Shown here piece after piece: positions 25,735 to 39,526 of a DNA stretch of 64,000 bases (the first letter of the stretch is position 1; every line of letters begins with the position of its first letter). Position numbers and translations under genes: made by a program. The notes under the pieces are model-generated. The model was not told the DNA's origin and did no database searches. It saw nothing but the letters and a program-made list of their open reading frames with translations. Origin of the DNA: Moniliella sp. 'wahieum' (lineage: Eukaryota); NCBI GenBank assembly GCA_003971905.1, contig RSEE01000141.1:62001-126000 (forward strand). Direction: 5' to 3'.

Positions 25735-26232
25735 CACCACGGCGCGCCGCGCCGTATTCGCTCGACTTGAGGGGGAGGCCAGGTGGGGCGAGATGGTTAG
25801 GAGAGAGCAACCAAGGTCCCACACAAGGTGTCAATTGAACGTTCAACGTTCATCGTTCATCCAACGCCGCCAATTGGGCGCCAACATTTTCATGTTTCAT
25901 TTTCCTCAAAAGCCAATGTCCACTCGTGGTTTGTGGGGGAACAAAAGTTGATGGGATGTGGAAGAGCGCAGCATGGACAGCTAATAGGACAGCATAGCAA
26001 CTGTACTGGTAGTCGCGTTCAGGGTAATCATTTAGCACAGTGCCTGTAGACAGCGTCGCCTACCTCGCATCATCACAGCCACGTCCGCACCACCACGCAA
26101 CCTCTAGTGCGGCTGCACTCCCTCCCCTCCAGGATACATCGGATCTTGTCTTGCGGCAAAAGCATCTCTACACACCTTCCCCCCCGCACAACAATCTCGG
26201 CCGGCCTCCCCGCCTCCCTCGAACACGCCCAC

Positions 26233-28150
26233 ATGAAACCTGCTGCATCACGACTACCCCCCGCTAATATGACGCATCAAAGCATTCATGCTGAACGTGA
26301 TGACTGTGCACATCGAAGCACAGTAACTCCGCCTGTTGTTGAGCAAGAGCATGCAGCCAGTGTACGTCCGGCCAGCAACAGACAGATGGCCCTTCTCCAC
26401 GCACCCGACCGAGGTGTCGAAAACAGCATTCAGCTGCTTCCCCCGCACAACCCTCTCAATGCCCGCGATGTTGCAGAGTTGAATAAGCAGGTCATGAAGA
26501 CCCTCAATCGCCAAAAGAAGGTTGCACGTTCAGGTTCCAAACCTACCGGCAGTGGCTGCAAGCTGCGTCTTTTACTGCACATATATTGAAAGCCGGATTT
26601 AGCATCAAGCTCCCAGAAGAGGTTGAGCCGCTTCGTTTTGACCAGATCAATGGCACCAACATCAGCGTGTATGAGAGGATCCTAACCGCCGTGGACACGG
26701 CGTACTTCACCGAGCTGCGTCGCCAGGGTGAGATTGACCTGAGACGAGCGTACGAAGCCGGGGTCACAAAGAGAAACTATGCTGGAGTGTCATTCCTACG
26801 TGGTAAACACGGAAGTGCTCTCGTTAAGGAAGCCCTTCAACATGCCAAAACTCGCTTTTATGACGACTTCGACAGTTTTTGGTGCTTATTACCAAATGGC
26901 TTCGCTCAGGTGGGCACTGTCGTCAATGCTTTCCTCGAACGCAAGCGTATTGGACATGGGCACATTCCCTCCTCTCCTCTTCAGGGGAGACAAAGTCCTC
27001 CTGAGGGTCCTGTAGAAGAAGAAACTGAAGGTACCGACAGAACTATCCACGAACCCTCACACCCCGAGAATGCGGCCGCCCATGGTGGTATGACCGTCGC
27101 GGAGGATGCTGATGCAACATCGCCGGACGAAGAATATGGTATGTTGCAGTACGAAAGTGTTCTGGTCGCCGAAGCCAATATGTTTATTGAGACGGATGTA
27201 TACCTGAAACAGATGACCATCTATGGAAGGCCCTACACAGAGCTAGGGAACAAGCCTTGCAGGAAGACCAAGATGGTGATCACCAATCACTCAGTTGCAT
27301 CACACCTACGCAGTCTACCTCCAGGGGCAGAGACTAGCGCAGTCCCAAAGGACACTGCGAAACATGATGTGGACATTGATTCTTTTGCGGGCGTCAAACC
27401 ACCGGAGATCGAACTGGCGAATCGTCGTCGAATCACCGTCCGACGAACGGTTACCCGAACCTCTCCTTACCCTGCAATCCTCCAGAAACAAATGATCTCT
27501 TGCCAAGCAGCTACCTCAACCCCCAACTCCTCTCATTCTCTCCCGCCTCGAAAACGAACGGAGATCCGAACGTGGGCATCCCCGTCGCAGGTGGTGCAAA
27601 ACACAGTTGAAGCTGAAGACCCTATCCATTTACATCTGAAATTCCTAACCGTGACCACAGCGTCAAACTGGAACCGACGTCCCATCCTCAAGCTTCGGGA
27701 TGCGATGATCGCCTTAGGGCGCTTCCTGACAACGGACTTGTGCAGCCCAATACTCTCCTCGACGAACTGAAGGCAGCTTTTGCGAGAGACCCATTCGGGG
27801 AACATAATATTGTGAACGACAATCGCATGCGTCACATAATTCCAGTGCGTTTGATTCTCTTTTTGGTTTTGTGCTTTGGCCACAATCTTGCGGTCGAAAA
27901 CAATAGCTAACAGTACCCTATGTCGAGAAAGTATCTGTTGTCTGGAGGAGTAGATTACCTCTATGCGGTCTTGAACAATCCGGAATCTGGATGTCAGAAA
28001 AGAAAGCCACCCCGCTCCGTTATGGAGACTATCTTCTGCGACAACAGGTCTTGGAACCGCGACCCTGTACAATCTCTCCAACTACAGGATCTTGCCTTCA
28101 AAGGACTCGTCCAAAAAGCATTCAACACGACGAGTAATCCAGCAGTGTGA
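26233..28150 (+). CDS. Hypothetical protein, no recognisable domain, spliced
   Basis: Chained ORFs 26107-26589, 26586-27770 and 27920-28150. A clean phase-0 intron at 27845-27913 (GTGCGT...CTAACAG) joins ...NRMRHIIP to YPMSRKYLLSGG. Composition is protein-like. Confidence 0.6.
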
Positions 28151-29122
28151 TCAAGACATCCTTAGCCAGATATGATACATATCCAACCCTTTCGTGACGG
28201 GTTCGCGTCAGTTCGTATCCGCGCATATACCTTTCGGTTCAGTCTCAACGCCTACCCATATTCCTTTTTCCTTCTTTCTCTCTTCCCGGCCCTTTCAATC
28301 GCCTTGTACAGTTGGTTCTCTCCCCCTTCTTCTTCTTCTTCTTGTGCTTGCTTGGTCTTGTTGCCTTTGCCCGCATAGCCTAGCTCCTCTCTCTCGATTA
28401 GGCAAACGACGCTTCAGCTCCCTCTCTTTTCTACTCCTGGCCCGTTCCCTTTCGGCCTCCCCCCCCCCACCGAATTCTTGTTTTCTCTAACTGTGCTTCC
28501 CGAAGATTCAGTACTTTGGTTCTTAATTTGTCGGAATACAAAAGCCGCCAACAATCATCAATCATCGTTCACTACGCCGATAAGAGCTTGGGAAAGTGTG
28601 AAGTACGATCTTTAAGAAAACACTGGCATACATGCCAAAATATGGCCACCGGAGCCTCAGTAGCAAACTCCAAACCAGTTCCCAAACGTAACAGAGTTGT
28701 GAGTGCATTATGGTCCAATCAGTAAAGGCGGTATGTTGGCTACCGCGGATGCATGCGCCTGACGTCACGCTCTTTGACCTGTTTGACCATAGAAGCTGTT
28801 GAACCGCCTGATGGGTACTACTTTTTCCGCAGGGGACCTTGACCCTTGACGCATCCACATGCCTCTCAGAACTCATATTTTGGGGAAGGGTCTCCATCCA
28901 TGCCTACAACTCCCTAGCGGACGCGCAATTACCATATGTATTGACACGGAGGTGAGGAATAGTAGCGATACAATACCAGGTAAAGGAACACTCTTGATAA
29001 CCAGGTTGATGAAATCGTCCCGCCCTGCAAAACACACTCACAAAGTATAGAGCTTACATTATAATGTGAGAGAGAAGAGGAAAGAAATGATCAATGTGCC
29101 CCCTCAATAAGAGTTACACGTT

Positions 29123-31464
29123 TCACTTCCTTTTCACGTCACGGAAGATGCCCGATACAATGGCGCGGAGCGCTGCTCGTGACTCCCAGATGGGGAGAAT
29201 GACCACGATGAAGCTGCAGAGGAAGAGCCAAGCAACCATGATGCCAATCCAAGCAGCGAGCCCAGTCCCCGTCCAGATTCGCTTTGTCAACGCCATGCAT
29301 GGGATGAAGACCAGGAGAATAAAGGAGAGACCACAGGAGACTTGTGTGCTCCAAACTGCCTCGCGATCGAGTTTGTCCGGGTCGAGTCCTGCGGCCAAAA
29401 CATACTCGTCCCCTGGCTGGCGGATCCGTGTATAAGTGGTCACCTCCAGGTCATTGACAGTCGTCACAATTGCCTTGTCATCCACATCGGGGGTCTTGGA
29501 TGGAGTTTTGTTCAATCCAAGCGCCGTGGCTTCCTCTCTGGCCAATTCGAGCTCCTGACGAGTATCGTGAATGTCATTCACCTGGTGACCCTGTATGGCG
29601 GGAAGATGATCAGCCATGACCTCGGGTGCGTTCAACCCCCGAGTCTCCTCAAACGTGTAATTTTCCGGCCATAGGAGAGAGGTTGCAACGACAAAAATGA
29701 CTGGCGTAAAGAACGAAAGGAGGTTGGCGATCACTTCGGGAATGTCGGCACTGGTCGTTTCCAGGTTGATCTTGCCTTCGTATGACCAGGTAGACACCAT
29801 CCAGGAAAGCATGCCAATCGCCAATCCAAACACTGCACCTCCGGTGCATCCCCATTTGTTGGCCTTTTTCCACATGATGCAAGCCGACATTGGCACCACC
29901 GCTGGTGCCACCGCGATGCCCGTCATGCTGTAAAGCCTGTTGAGACCAAAATGTTAGCCGAACAAATTAGTACATAGGCATCAGTGGCGGGAAGGTCCCA
30001 GGCCTGAAGACGCACCAGCCCATGGATACGCCGACACGGTTCCATATAAGTCCGATAATGGCAAGAAACAAGGCCCAAACAATGATCATGATGTGGCTGC
30101 TGAGGAAAATCAGACGAGGAGAAGCCTCAGGCTTGATGGTTTTGACAATGTTGTACGCAAAGACGGAAGAAACACCAACCAATTGGGCTGAGGTAGCCGA
30201 AGTTACGGCCAGATACAGGAGGATTAGAATGGCACGGGCCCCCGCTTTTCCCATTAGAGCACCAGCAGCGGCAGCGGCAGGCAGTCCAGCCGACACTTCT
30301 TCTGGAGTTAAGATCGGCATTGCTGGGTCTTGGTGCACCAAAGCTCTGCCTGCCAATCCCAAAGCCGAAGCCATAGTCATTGGCACGGCAAACCAGGCAA
30401 TGCCACCAAGCATGAAAGCTCTGGAAGCTTCTGGTCCACTGGACAAGGCTTTGGGAGTAGGATTGATCGTTATAAACGGTAGCCATACCAGATACTGCTG
30501 TAACAATGGCAAAGTAGAGACCATTCAAACTTCGCATGGTCAGGTAGGACCCACCCGCGTTGCCGCTCGCAGGCTCGATCTCGGCCGCGCGGCTCAAAAG
30601 TCGAGCCATTTCGTATGGTGATCCAATCTTATCGTTGGTCGAGTACACAACAAATGCAAAGCTGAGGATCATAGCAACCAAAACGACCGTGTGAGAGTAA
30701 TCGGCCAACAGCGTGCTTCGCATACCCCCCACGAGCGTATACACGGCCACGCTAAGTGGAGTGATGAAGAGAGCCGCAATTGTCGGCATCCCGGTCAACG
30801 AATTTACTGTGGCACAGCCGCCCAGAACAAGCATGCTGCCTACTAGCACGTTGGTGCCGATGGCGAAACAGCCAAAAATAAAGTGGGGCACTTCTCCCCA
30901 GCGTTTCTGAATCACTTGGAGATAGGTCGAAACGAAAGGGGCGTTGCGTTTCAACCGATTGGCCAGTATGCTGAACAACAATACTTCAATCGTCCCTGCA
31001 GCTGCATACCTATAATGGCAGAAGAAGAAGAAGGAGTGGAGGTGGTCAATACTGTTGATACACTCGAACACGCCAAATGAGACTCCGGTATGCTGTTTCG
31101 TTTTGTGGCGCTTCGTGCCGTATAGTATACATCCAATGCGTCCAATGTGCCACCCACATCAAACAAAATACATGACGTAGGAAAACGCGACATACCAGTA
31201 GGCTCCCGAAACGCCATATTGATAACTCTGACTACTGCTCTGAAGTAGAGTCGCAGCCCATGTCCAAGCAGATACAATGCCAGATGCCATGAGGCCAGGT
31301 TTGACGCTGCGGGATGCAGACAAGAACTCGTCGTTGCTCTTGAGGTTGTTGTGAGTGTAGCGTTGCTGAAGGAAGGTAATAGCAAGCATGACCACGGAGA
31401 AGCCGATGCCCAAAGCGATGACAACGGCCCAGCCAGTGCTGGGTTCCAGAATTTGCGTGGACAT
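29123..31464 (-). CDS. DUR3: Urea active transporter (sodium:solute symporter family)
   Basis: FLSASRSVKPGLMASGIVSAWTWAATLLQSS...YGVSGAYWY, YTLVGGMRSTLLADYSHT, GNAGGSYLTMRS, GGIAWFAVP, AVTSATSAQL and VVILPIWES. ATG 31464. Introns near 31010-31195 and 29935-30015. Confidence 0.96.
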
Positions 31465-31714
31465 ACTGGCGGTGGATTCAATCTCGATGTGGATGCGTTT
31501 CTTCTTTTGCTGGGTTATATAGTCGCAGTTGTTGTGTGCATCCAATCCCTCTTTTGCCACAAGATCAGACTGTTGCGGTCAAGCGAGGTGTAGAGAGAGG
31601 GTGTTCAAATGTTGGGGGTGAAAAGGCAAAAGGTAAGAAGGCGGCCCCTGCCTCAAAGCCATAAATCAGTAATCATTGTATTAACCGAGGGAGGCGAGTA
31701 GCATAGATGAGAGA

Positions 31715-31916
31715 GATATCAGGATTAGATACCAACAAGGGTAAATACCAGCACTCACACAGTGGTGCAGTTGTTCGCTGTTTTTGATGAAGGCCGCAGA
31801 TATCCCGACCCAGCTCTAGGCCAGTGTGGGAGATAAGTGGAAAGATGTTCGGTGATCGATAAGCTGATTACAAAGATAGGTTGTTTGCGCGGTTTATGTG
31901 GGCTTGCCAATATATC
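31715..31916. promoter_or_regulatory. Cluster of GATA boxes upstream of DUR3 (candidate AreA/Nit2 nitrogen-regulation sites)
   Basis: GATATC 31715 and 31799, GATA 31728, GATAAG 31832 and 31858, GATAGG 31875, TATC 31913. All lie 250-450 nt upstream of the DUR3 ATG. Confidence 0.65.
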
Positions 31917-32049
31917 ATGCGCCGTATTCTCGGCGCAACGCGTAATTAGCGGTTGTCTGCTGTATACTTATAGGCGTACCCTGTGGTGAGCCACAGTACT
32001 GTCAAAAGTGCATAATGCAGCCCCTCAAGCCGTCTCAGGGTCTCAGATG

Positions 32050-32129
32050 ATCGATGATCGATGCTCGATGACCGGTGTAGCTTGAAGCTTGAAGCTTGAA
32101 GCTTGAAGCTTGAAGCTTGAAGCTTGAAG
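32050..32129. repeat. 7-nt-period chain of hexameric palindromes, including (CTTGAAG)7
   Basis: ATCGAT g ATCGAT g CTCGAT g ACCGGT g TAGCTT g (AAGCTT g)x6, all in one register. Confidence 0.95.
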
Positions 32130-33197
32130 GGCCGACGGCCTCATCGGTCACCTGGGTCACCGCTCACCCCCGCGCACCACCATCGCACCAATCTCCGCGC
32201 AAGCAGCAATGATTGATTATCTCGACCACTGCGAGTGACTTGACTGTTTTGTCTCGCCATTCGTATCACTGGATCGCCTCTACTGCATTCGCTCTCATTT
32301 TTGAAAGAAGGCATGGGACTGTGGTGCGGGCTGCTCTCCGGACAATGCCCCAAGCATGAAAATGTCCCGTAAACTGCGTGTAAGTAGTATACTCTTCACT
32401 TGTGCTGCGGACTGGCCGGTGACCTACGGTGCTATTTACATCAAGTGAATAGGTGCCAAATGACTTCTTCTGTTCACGCACGATGTACGAAAGTCCTTAC
32501 GGAGGCCGAGATTATATCCGTACGAGACTGGGAGAGCTCCTCGGCGCTTTTGCACACCAGCGTTTAGCTCCGAGAGAGAGCAAGAGCGAATGTAATGCGG
32601 ATACAAGCCGTCGGGCCGGCTGCACCCGCCCCGCCCCAGCTTGCTCAACATTCTGCCCACATAGGTGCGGCATCTGGGAGTGGGGGGGTGCCTGCAACTT
32701 GGCAAGTTCGGCCTACCGACACACCCACTGGGCCTTTGGTGCGCTCTCGGTAGTGTTGTTGTCCGTTGCGAGAGCAATATGCTGTGGCGCGCCCTGGCCA
32801 TATGGGCAAAAGGGCAAATATTTCTTCGGCTCATGCTGGAAACTTATCAAATAAGGCGGGAGTCCGTTGTGCCCCCATGTATCAATCTAATAGATCCATT
32901 ACTATCGAAAAGAACTCCACACGAAGGTTGAGTTGCATGTGTGAAAAAGCATGGATTTGCTGTGACAAGACAGCGGGAAAATGGGTTCGATTGTAGTAAC
33001 CGTAGGAGAAAAAGGGATGTGATGAAAAACGGGATGTCAGGAGAAAGAGAGATGTGAGATGATTACAGGAGACCAAAACCGGATGATGAAAGGGAGTCGG
33101 ACGACATAGAAACGAGGAGGGGGAAACGGGTAAGAGAAGTTGACCATATGCCAGCGGTCGAATGAAAGTGATTTCAGGTAGTGAGAGGTTCAAAGGC

Positions 33198-36100
33198 TCA
33201 AGCTTCATTTGAGCCCACGGGTTTTGAAGCACGCTTGAAGGAGAGCCGGCCCAGCACTCGGCGGCACCCCGCAAACGGGTTCATGGAAATGTTGCTGCGC
33301 TTAGTGAGCCAGAAGATGGGGAAGCAGGCAAAGCCTGAAGCAGCGATCTGTCACGAACCACAGGTTAGCCTTCTGTAAACAGTACACACACCCACGGCTG
33401 GAGGATAACGCACAAAGCAAATCAGCACGCCGAATGCAGTCCAACGGTAATTGAAGGGCATGTCCAGAGTCTTGAGGAAATCATCGCCAGTGGCGTACTG
33501 GCAGTAGTCACACAAGTCCGTCGCGTTCGGGTTGTAGATCCGGCCGCCGGCCTCGGTAGCCCAAGCGCCAGCGTACTGCCCACATGTTTGTCCTGGAGGA
33601 GGGATAAAGTGGAAGAGTTCAGAGCGGGCACACACCACGTTCCGACCGTGTAAAATGTTGCCCACTTGGCCTCGGACGTAATGGGCGATAGGGCTAGCCC
33701 AGTACACTGCCTTCCATATCCCAGGAAGGAGAGCATGTGGAATGACGCTGCAGACATGCGGGTTAGTCACGATGAAAGCATGTCATGGAACGGAATACTT
33801 ACACTCCGTTGGCAATAAAGAGCAAGGGAAGGACGAGTGGTACACCCTGGGACGCAATGGTGGCAGTCGGTGCGGTGTGCAAGCGACGAGAAGGGAGAAG
33901 ACCAAAGCATAAACCGACAGGAGAAGTGTCATAAGGTAGAGAGTAGCCCGCCCGCCAAGTTGCCTCGGAGTAGAATGCAATGTAGAATGCTGGAGGAAGC
34001 TGGGAGGAAGCTGGAGTAGGAGTCATGGTTAGCGTACGGTAACACAACCTGTATAGTGAGAGAGGACGATAGACGTACTAGACTGTGGCAGTCAGGGCAG
34101 CCAGTGGGAGAGCGAGCGCAATCATGCTCACAATGAGCACCCACCAAGCATAGACCTTGCTTTTGTCCTCGCGAGCATCAAAAATGTTGGTCAACTCGAA
34201 CCAGCGGGCTAGGATGCTGTTGATGTAAACCGGAAAAGAAAGCATGATCAAGATGACGAGGAAGGCCCCCCCTTGCAGCCCATGCACATTCCAATCCATA
34301 TGAGCGTAGAGGGCGGACCCGACAAAACCGGTGAGAATGTAACTGTATAATATGAGAAAGAGGGCGTGAGCCAACAGTGGACGCAGTCAACCGAAATCGC
34401 AGACATAGGAAACGTACGAGAAAAGGAGCGAGTATGTAAAGGAACTGTCGCGGTAAGCATCCTTGTATTGACGGATGACCACTTCCCGAATCTGGGTCAA
34501 GGCTGGGGCAGCGAATTCGCCGGCCAACTCGGGGTTGACAGCCTCACCGGCAAACTTGCTGCGACGGGCATTCGTTTGTTCGATCATTGCTTCCACCTCG
34601 CCCCGTTCAGGGCTGGCGTCCCAAACCGCAGACCAGTGACCTGTGGGGTCGCGTGTGGTTGCTGTCAACTCCAAAATATATTCAGCGACGTTGTCGTTGG
34701 GTCCACAAGGAGGGGCATTAGCACGCTCGAAATACGAGCGAATCTTGTTGCTGTTGCGGGAAGCCATGGCCAATGCCTCGTCTTTGCTGTTGATCACACC
34801 CTGGTCACCAATCTCGCCATTGTACACTACCCGGCCACCGTTCTGGAGAAGAAGGCACCGGTCGAATTGCTGGAACAGGTCTTCACTGGGCTGGTGGATG
34901 GTGCAAACAATGGCTTGGCCGGACTGGGCCAAACGACGGAGCAAGCGACAGATGGCTGCAGCGCCTGCCGAGTCCAGGCCGCTGGTAGGCTCGTCAAGGA
35001 AGAGAGCGAGCGACGGCTTAGCGGCAAGTTCGACAGCAATAGTCACTCGTTTGCGGCGCTCAATGCTCAGACCAGCGCCGGGTTCACCAATTAAAGCATC
35101 CTGCAAATCCTCCAGCTCAAGAAGACGCAAGATCTCGTCCACATCGCGCATTTTTGGCCATGCGGAACGGAGTGTGGCTGTCGTAGCACGGCCGAGAACG
35201 CAACCGCTTCCCTCACCGTCTGTGTCGGGAGATGGATGTCACCCTGCATCACGAACCCAACTGTCTTGCCAAAAGATGCAGGCAATGGACCCCCGTCAAC
35301 CTCCACCTTTCCTTCCATTTTCCCAAAGTTGATCCGTTGGGAAATAGCGTTCATCGCTGTGGTCTTTCCAGCTCCCGAAGACCCCATCACTGTCACAAAA
35401 TGGGGTTAGCTTTCCGTTCCATACAAAGATGTGGGCGCGTACAGCCACAGGAGAAATACACACAAGCAATCATTTCTCCAGGCAGTGCCAAGCCAGAAAC
35501 TTGGTGTAGCAGCTCCCTGCCATTGTCAAGAGTGAGGTTGAGGCCCCGCCAAGACAGAACAGGATGGTCGTCGAAGTTCGTCTCTGGAGAAGGCATGGAT
35601 CCGGGGTCATGCGCGAATGAGGAAGACTGGGATGGTACCGGAGTACTGTCGTTATCCGGAATGGAAGGCGGGTCTTTCTCTTGCTTCTCCGAGGCATTCG
35701 GCGTAGCGCGGCGAATAGCCTGCTTGGCCCGCTTGGTACGGGCGAAGACAGTGACTGAGGCTCCGCTTCCCCAAGAAATCGTCTCGGAGGCAACAAGAGT
35801 GACCAACAAGTATAGTGCGGAGAATGCACAGGAAATCCCAATGGCACGTCCAAGGTGGTTCAATTTGTAGCCATAGGCCGCCTGTAGGTAGTCTTTACCC
35901 TGCACCACAATCTCCCCAGGTCGACTGCCAGCCAAGAGACAGGTCTGGTACCGAGCGTCACGGAGCTCTGAGAAAGGGGCAATGGAAGTGGGCACACAGG
36001 GGATTTTCCCGGAAGTTGTTGGCCATCAAAGCTTCAAGGATGTATGCCACATTTCCGACGTATGACAACCACACAACCCAACCCATCTCACGGCGGGGCT

Positions 36101-38301
36101 GGATATAGCCACAGTAGATGAAGATGACGTTAAGTGCCAACGTGCACCATCTGTTCATGTTAAGAGTCAGCCCTAAAATTCCTGAGAATGACGCAACAGA
36201 CCAGAAGGATCCAGATACTTACCGGATAGCCTCGCTGAAGCCAGGAGACAATGCACAAAAGGCACGGTACATTTGCGTGATTGTGTAGGTACCAAAGAAC
36301 GTCAGAAGCCAAAAGAGGGCCCATGCCTCACCCTTTACGCGCAGATGAGATAGGAAGTACAGCACAACTAGGGGACAGAAGAGTCAGTATATATACGGAT
36401 AAATGGATCAAAGATAAGATGAGGTAAAACGTACTGCAAAAAGGGGGTAATGAGCAGGAAGATGTGAGGGACATCGGCGATGGCACGGGCGATGACGGTA
36501 GCAGAGGGTCGTGCAAACCCAAATCGTTTGTGGCGGTCGAGAATGGTGCGACCGTGACGGCAATCCAAACTTCGGAAAGCATTGACCATCCGACAAAGAC
36601 CGAGGAGAAGGAAAGGGCACCTGCAGCAAGGAACGCTCCCTCCGAATCGTTTTTGGCATTCCAAAAGAGTGATCCGATATAAAGCGGCACGATCGTAGCG
36701 GTGATAAGCTGGATGAACACATCCCACCGGTTGGCCCACTTCAGGAGCAGCTCACGGCGAATCACCGCGTCAACTTGCTTCCAAAAAGGGACGGTAAAGT
36801 TGCTGGCCTTGCGCACCCCGTTGTTCTTCTCACTACGCACATGTTTCTTGAGTCCATCCGCTTCTTGCATCTGTCCTGCTGCAATCGCACCGAGGTAGTC
36901 CGCATGCTGAGCTTGGAGTTGGGCATAGAGTGGGCTAGCAATCCAAGCAGCCTCACGGGATGCTGAATCCTGCGGCGCGCGTCCCTCAAACCCATCCCGC
37001 ACTACCATCTGTTGCGGATCCGTGACGGCAGTGACAAAGTCGCACGTAGTTTGGCGTGGACCGGCGTAGTAGCCTAAGTCAACAAAGTATTGGCGCACTT
37101 GGTCGCGAGGGCCGTAGTAAATAACGCGTCCTTGGTCCATGACAGCAATCATGTCAAATTGTAAAAGAATACTTTCACTAACCTGATACAAGGTGACAAG
37201 GAGAGTACGCTGCGATACATCGGCAATCAAGCGAAGCGAACGGGCATAGTCTAGCGCGTGGAGGCATCCAGGCCACGGGTGGTGTTGTCGTTGGCTTGAA
37301 CCGCCGCACGGGTGGCCATCGACTCGGCGATGGTCACTCGCTTCCGTTCACCCCCAGAGACCCCACGAACCGTCTCGTTCCCAACGATGGTGTCGCGAAC
37401 GTGAGGCATACCGAACATATCCAGGTAGACGTTGACCAGTTGTTCAATAAACTCTTCCCGTGTCTGGCCCCCACGGGTGGTAGACCGGGGCACCTTGCAC
37501 CGCAGAGCGAACCGAAGCGTCTCGGCTACGGAAAGTTTGGCAAAGTGATCATCTCTTCACCCAGAAAAACGACCTATGTTACCAGAGTGGCTGTCAGCAC
37601 TGCACTGTCACAACAACCCCTCGCGAGGCCAAAAGAGAAAAGATAGGAGCCGACGTACCTCTCCACGGAATTTGGTTTGAATCTGCTCGGAGGAGAGGCC
37701 ACCGTAAGTGATATCGCCGCCCGGCGTGACAGAAGGATCAAGCGAAGAAGTGATGGCTTTGAGGAAAGTAGTGCATCCGGATCCAGGGCTGCCGAGCACG
37801 AGAAGCATCTGTCCCGCACGAAGCAGGCCTGTGGTGGGGTGGATGATTTTAACTAGATCCTGGCCGCCAGGTGTGAGCTTGCGGAGGGGAGGTATGAGGG
37901 TCGAGAGAATGTTCCAAGGATCACGCCAGACTGTGTCCCGATCGCGATGGGCGTTGTCTTGACTAACACACCCCCAGCAACAGCCTTAGCAGGGGCGGAT
38001 ACGCTCAGGTTGGTCCACGCCACGCCCAAAGGCTGGTGTCGGTGGGGGACTGATGGCTCTTGGCCAGCAGAAATTTGCGAAGGTTGAAGCCGTCCTCATT
38101 GTCGTCCTCGTCTCCCAATTCAACAGCGTCAGGGTTTGAGCCTGCATGAGAGAGAGTTTGAGCAAGGCTGCGTGCCTCCTGCTCGGCCTCCACTTGCTCA
38201 AGATGAAGGCGTGCCTGAGGAATATCCACCGCATGAGCAGCGGCTTCGCCCCATGTGCCGTCGACGGCACTTGCAGTACGCTCAAGCGCCTTTTCACCCA
38301 T
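33198..38301 (-). CDS. Full-size ABCG/PDR (pleiotropic drug resistance) ABC transporter, multi-exon
   Basis: NBD1 has Walker A GSPGSGCTT, signature VSGGERKRV, DNTTRGLDAST and TLYQ.SE. NBD2 has GSSGAGKTT, LSIERRKRVTIAVEL, LFLDEPTSGLDS and CTIHQPS. PDR_CDR Cys loops are present (PPPGQTCGQY, CDYCQY). The last exon ends ...SKPVGSNEA* at 33198. Confidence 0.96.
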
Positions 38302-39491
38302 TGTGCGTGCTCAATAGATGTGGAACTCCGTAGACCGCGATTTAGGATGACAGTTTGGGCTTGGCTGAAGGCGCTCAGTCGTTGGTGTTGGTTTAAGGGA
38401 GCGATAAGCGAGAGGCCTTTTCCTGGACGGTATGCTTCAGCATCGGATCGATACTTATGTACTTCGCCTCAATTGACCTTGATCCTGCGTGAAAAGAAAC
38501 TGCACACACAGTAGGCCACAATCCGCGCCAGTCTGGGTATAGCGGGTGTAGGCAAGGAGTTATCGCCGATCGCGCCCGTCGACCGTGCGACCCGCCACAG
38601 ACTCGGGATGTGCAGGCGTTATTATGAAGAAGGGTTCAGCCTGGGTGTCCAGGCTGAGTCCAAGTGTGATGCAATGGAAATATTGCGTCGCCGCCACTAC
38701 TCTCGTCCTTCTGCGCTTCGCCTCGCACCGGAGTAGCTTGAAGCTTGAAGCGCTGAACGTCTTACAGGGAACATCGAGATCATCGATCATATGATCACCA
38801 ATGATCATCGATTCTCGATCATGCGCATGTGCACCTATTGATCATGACGTTTTTTAATGTTACAGTGAAACACGTCAAACATTGGCGTTGCACTGACAAA
38901 AACTGACATATGTAACAGGCATTCTTCTTCCGCCGGCATCGGGCTAGCACTCGTCCTCACCTGAGGCCGGCCTGAGGCCTGAAAGGACGCGGACCTCGAA
39001 CCGCCTGACGCGTTACCTCGGCGGTTCCTGCCACGTCTTAGATGCATTGGTTCTCCCGATGCCGCCGTACGCTGCACGGGTGACCCCCCAGGGCTTAGTC
39101 AGGCTCAGTCCCGCCTCCTGTGGAACACGGCGATTGCGGACTGTTACAACCGCTCCCCTCGGTGTTTAGCAGGCGTTGCAGGCGCATAGCTAATCGAAAA
39201 TGTGGTAACAAGGTTCCGGATAGATATGTGAGGACTACGTACAAAATTCAAGGTGGGTAAGGCCCACAAGATCATGCGCAAGAAATTTCGATTAGCTCTG
39301 CGAAGCTGGGGCCTCTGGCCCCGCTTGCAAAACTTTTCACAGGAGAGGCGCTGTCGATGATAGCATTGTCAAGACAATCCACCCATCCACCATGGGAAAA
39401 CGAGCATGCTTTGACCACGAGACATGTGACGGTGAGAGGCGCCTCTACCGTCTCCTGCCGAGGAATGATTAATGACACTCGACAAGCGATA

Positions 39492-39526
39492 ATCGATAAC
39501 ACGTCACGCGTCACGCGTCAGATCTC
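39492..39526. repeat. 7-nt-period chain of hexameric palindromes
   Basis: ATCGAT a ACACGT c ACGCGT c ACGCGT c AGATCT c. Confidence 0.85.

Noticed and set aside
32081..32129. (CTTGAAG)7 as a heat-shock element, telomeric repeat or CRISPR array
   Set aside because: It lacks alternating GAAnnTTC units, is not TTAGGG-like and has no spacers. It fits the palindrome-chain family instead.
29123..38301. Secondary-metabolite gene cluster around the PDR and DUR3 transporters
   Set aside because: No PKS, NRPS, terpene synthase, glycolipid or tailoring enzyme genes are present in the window.
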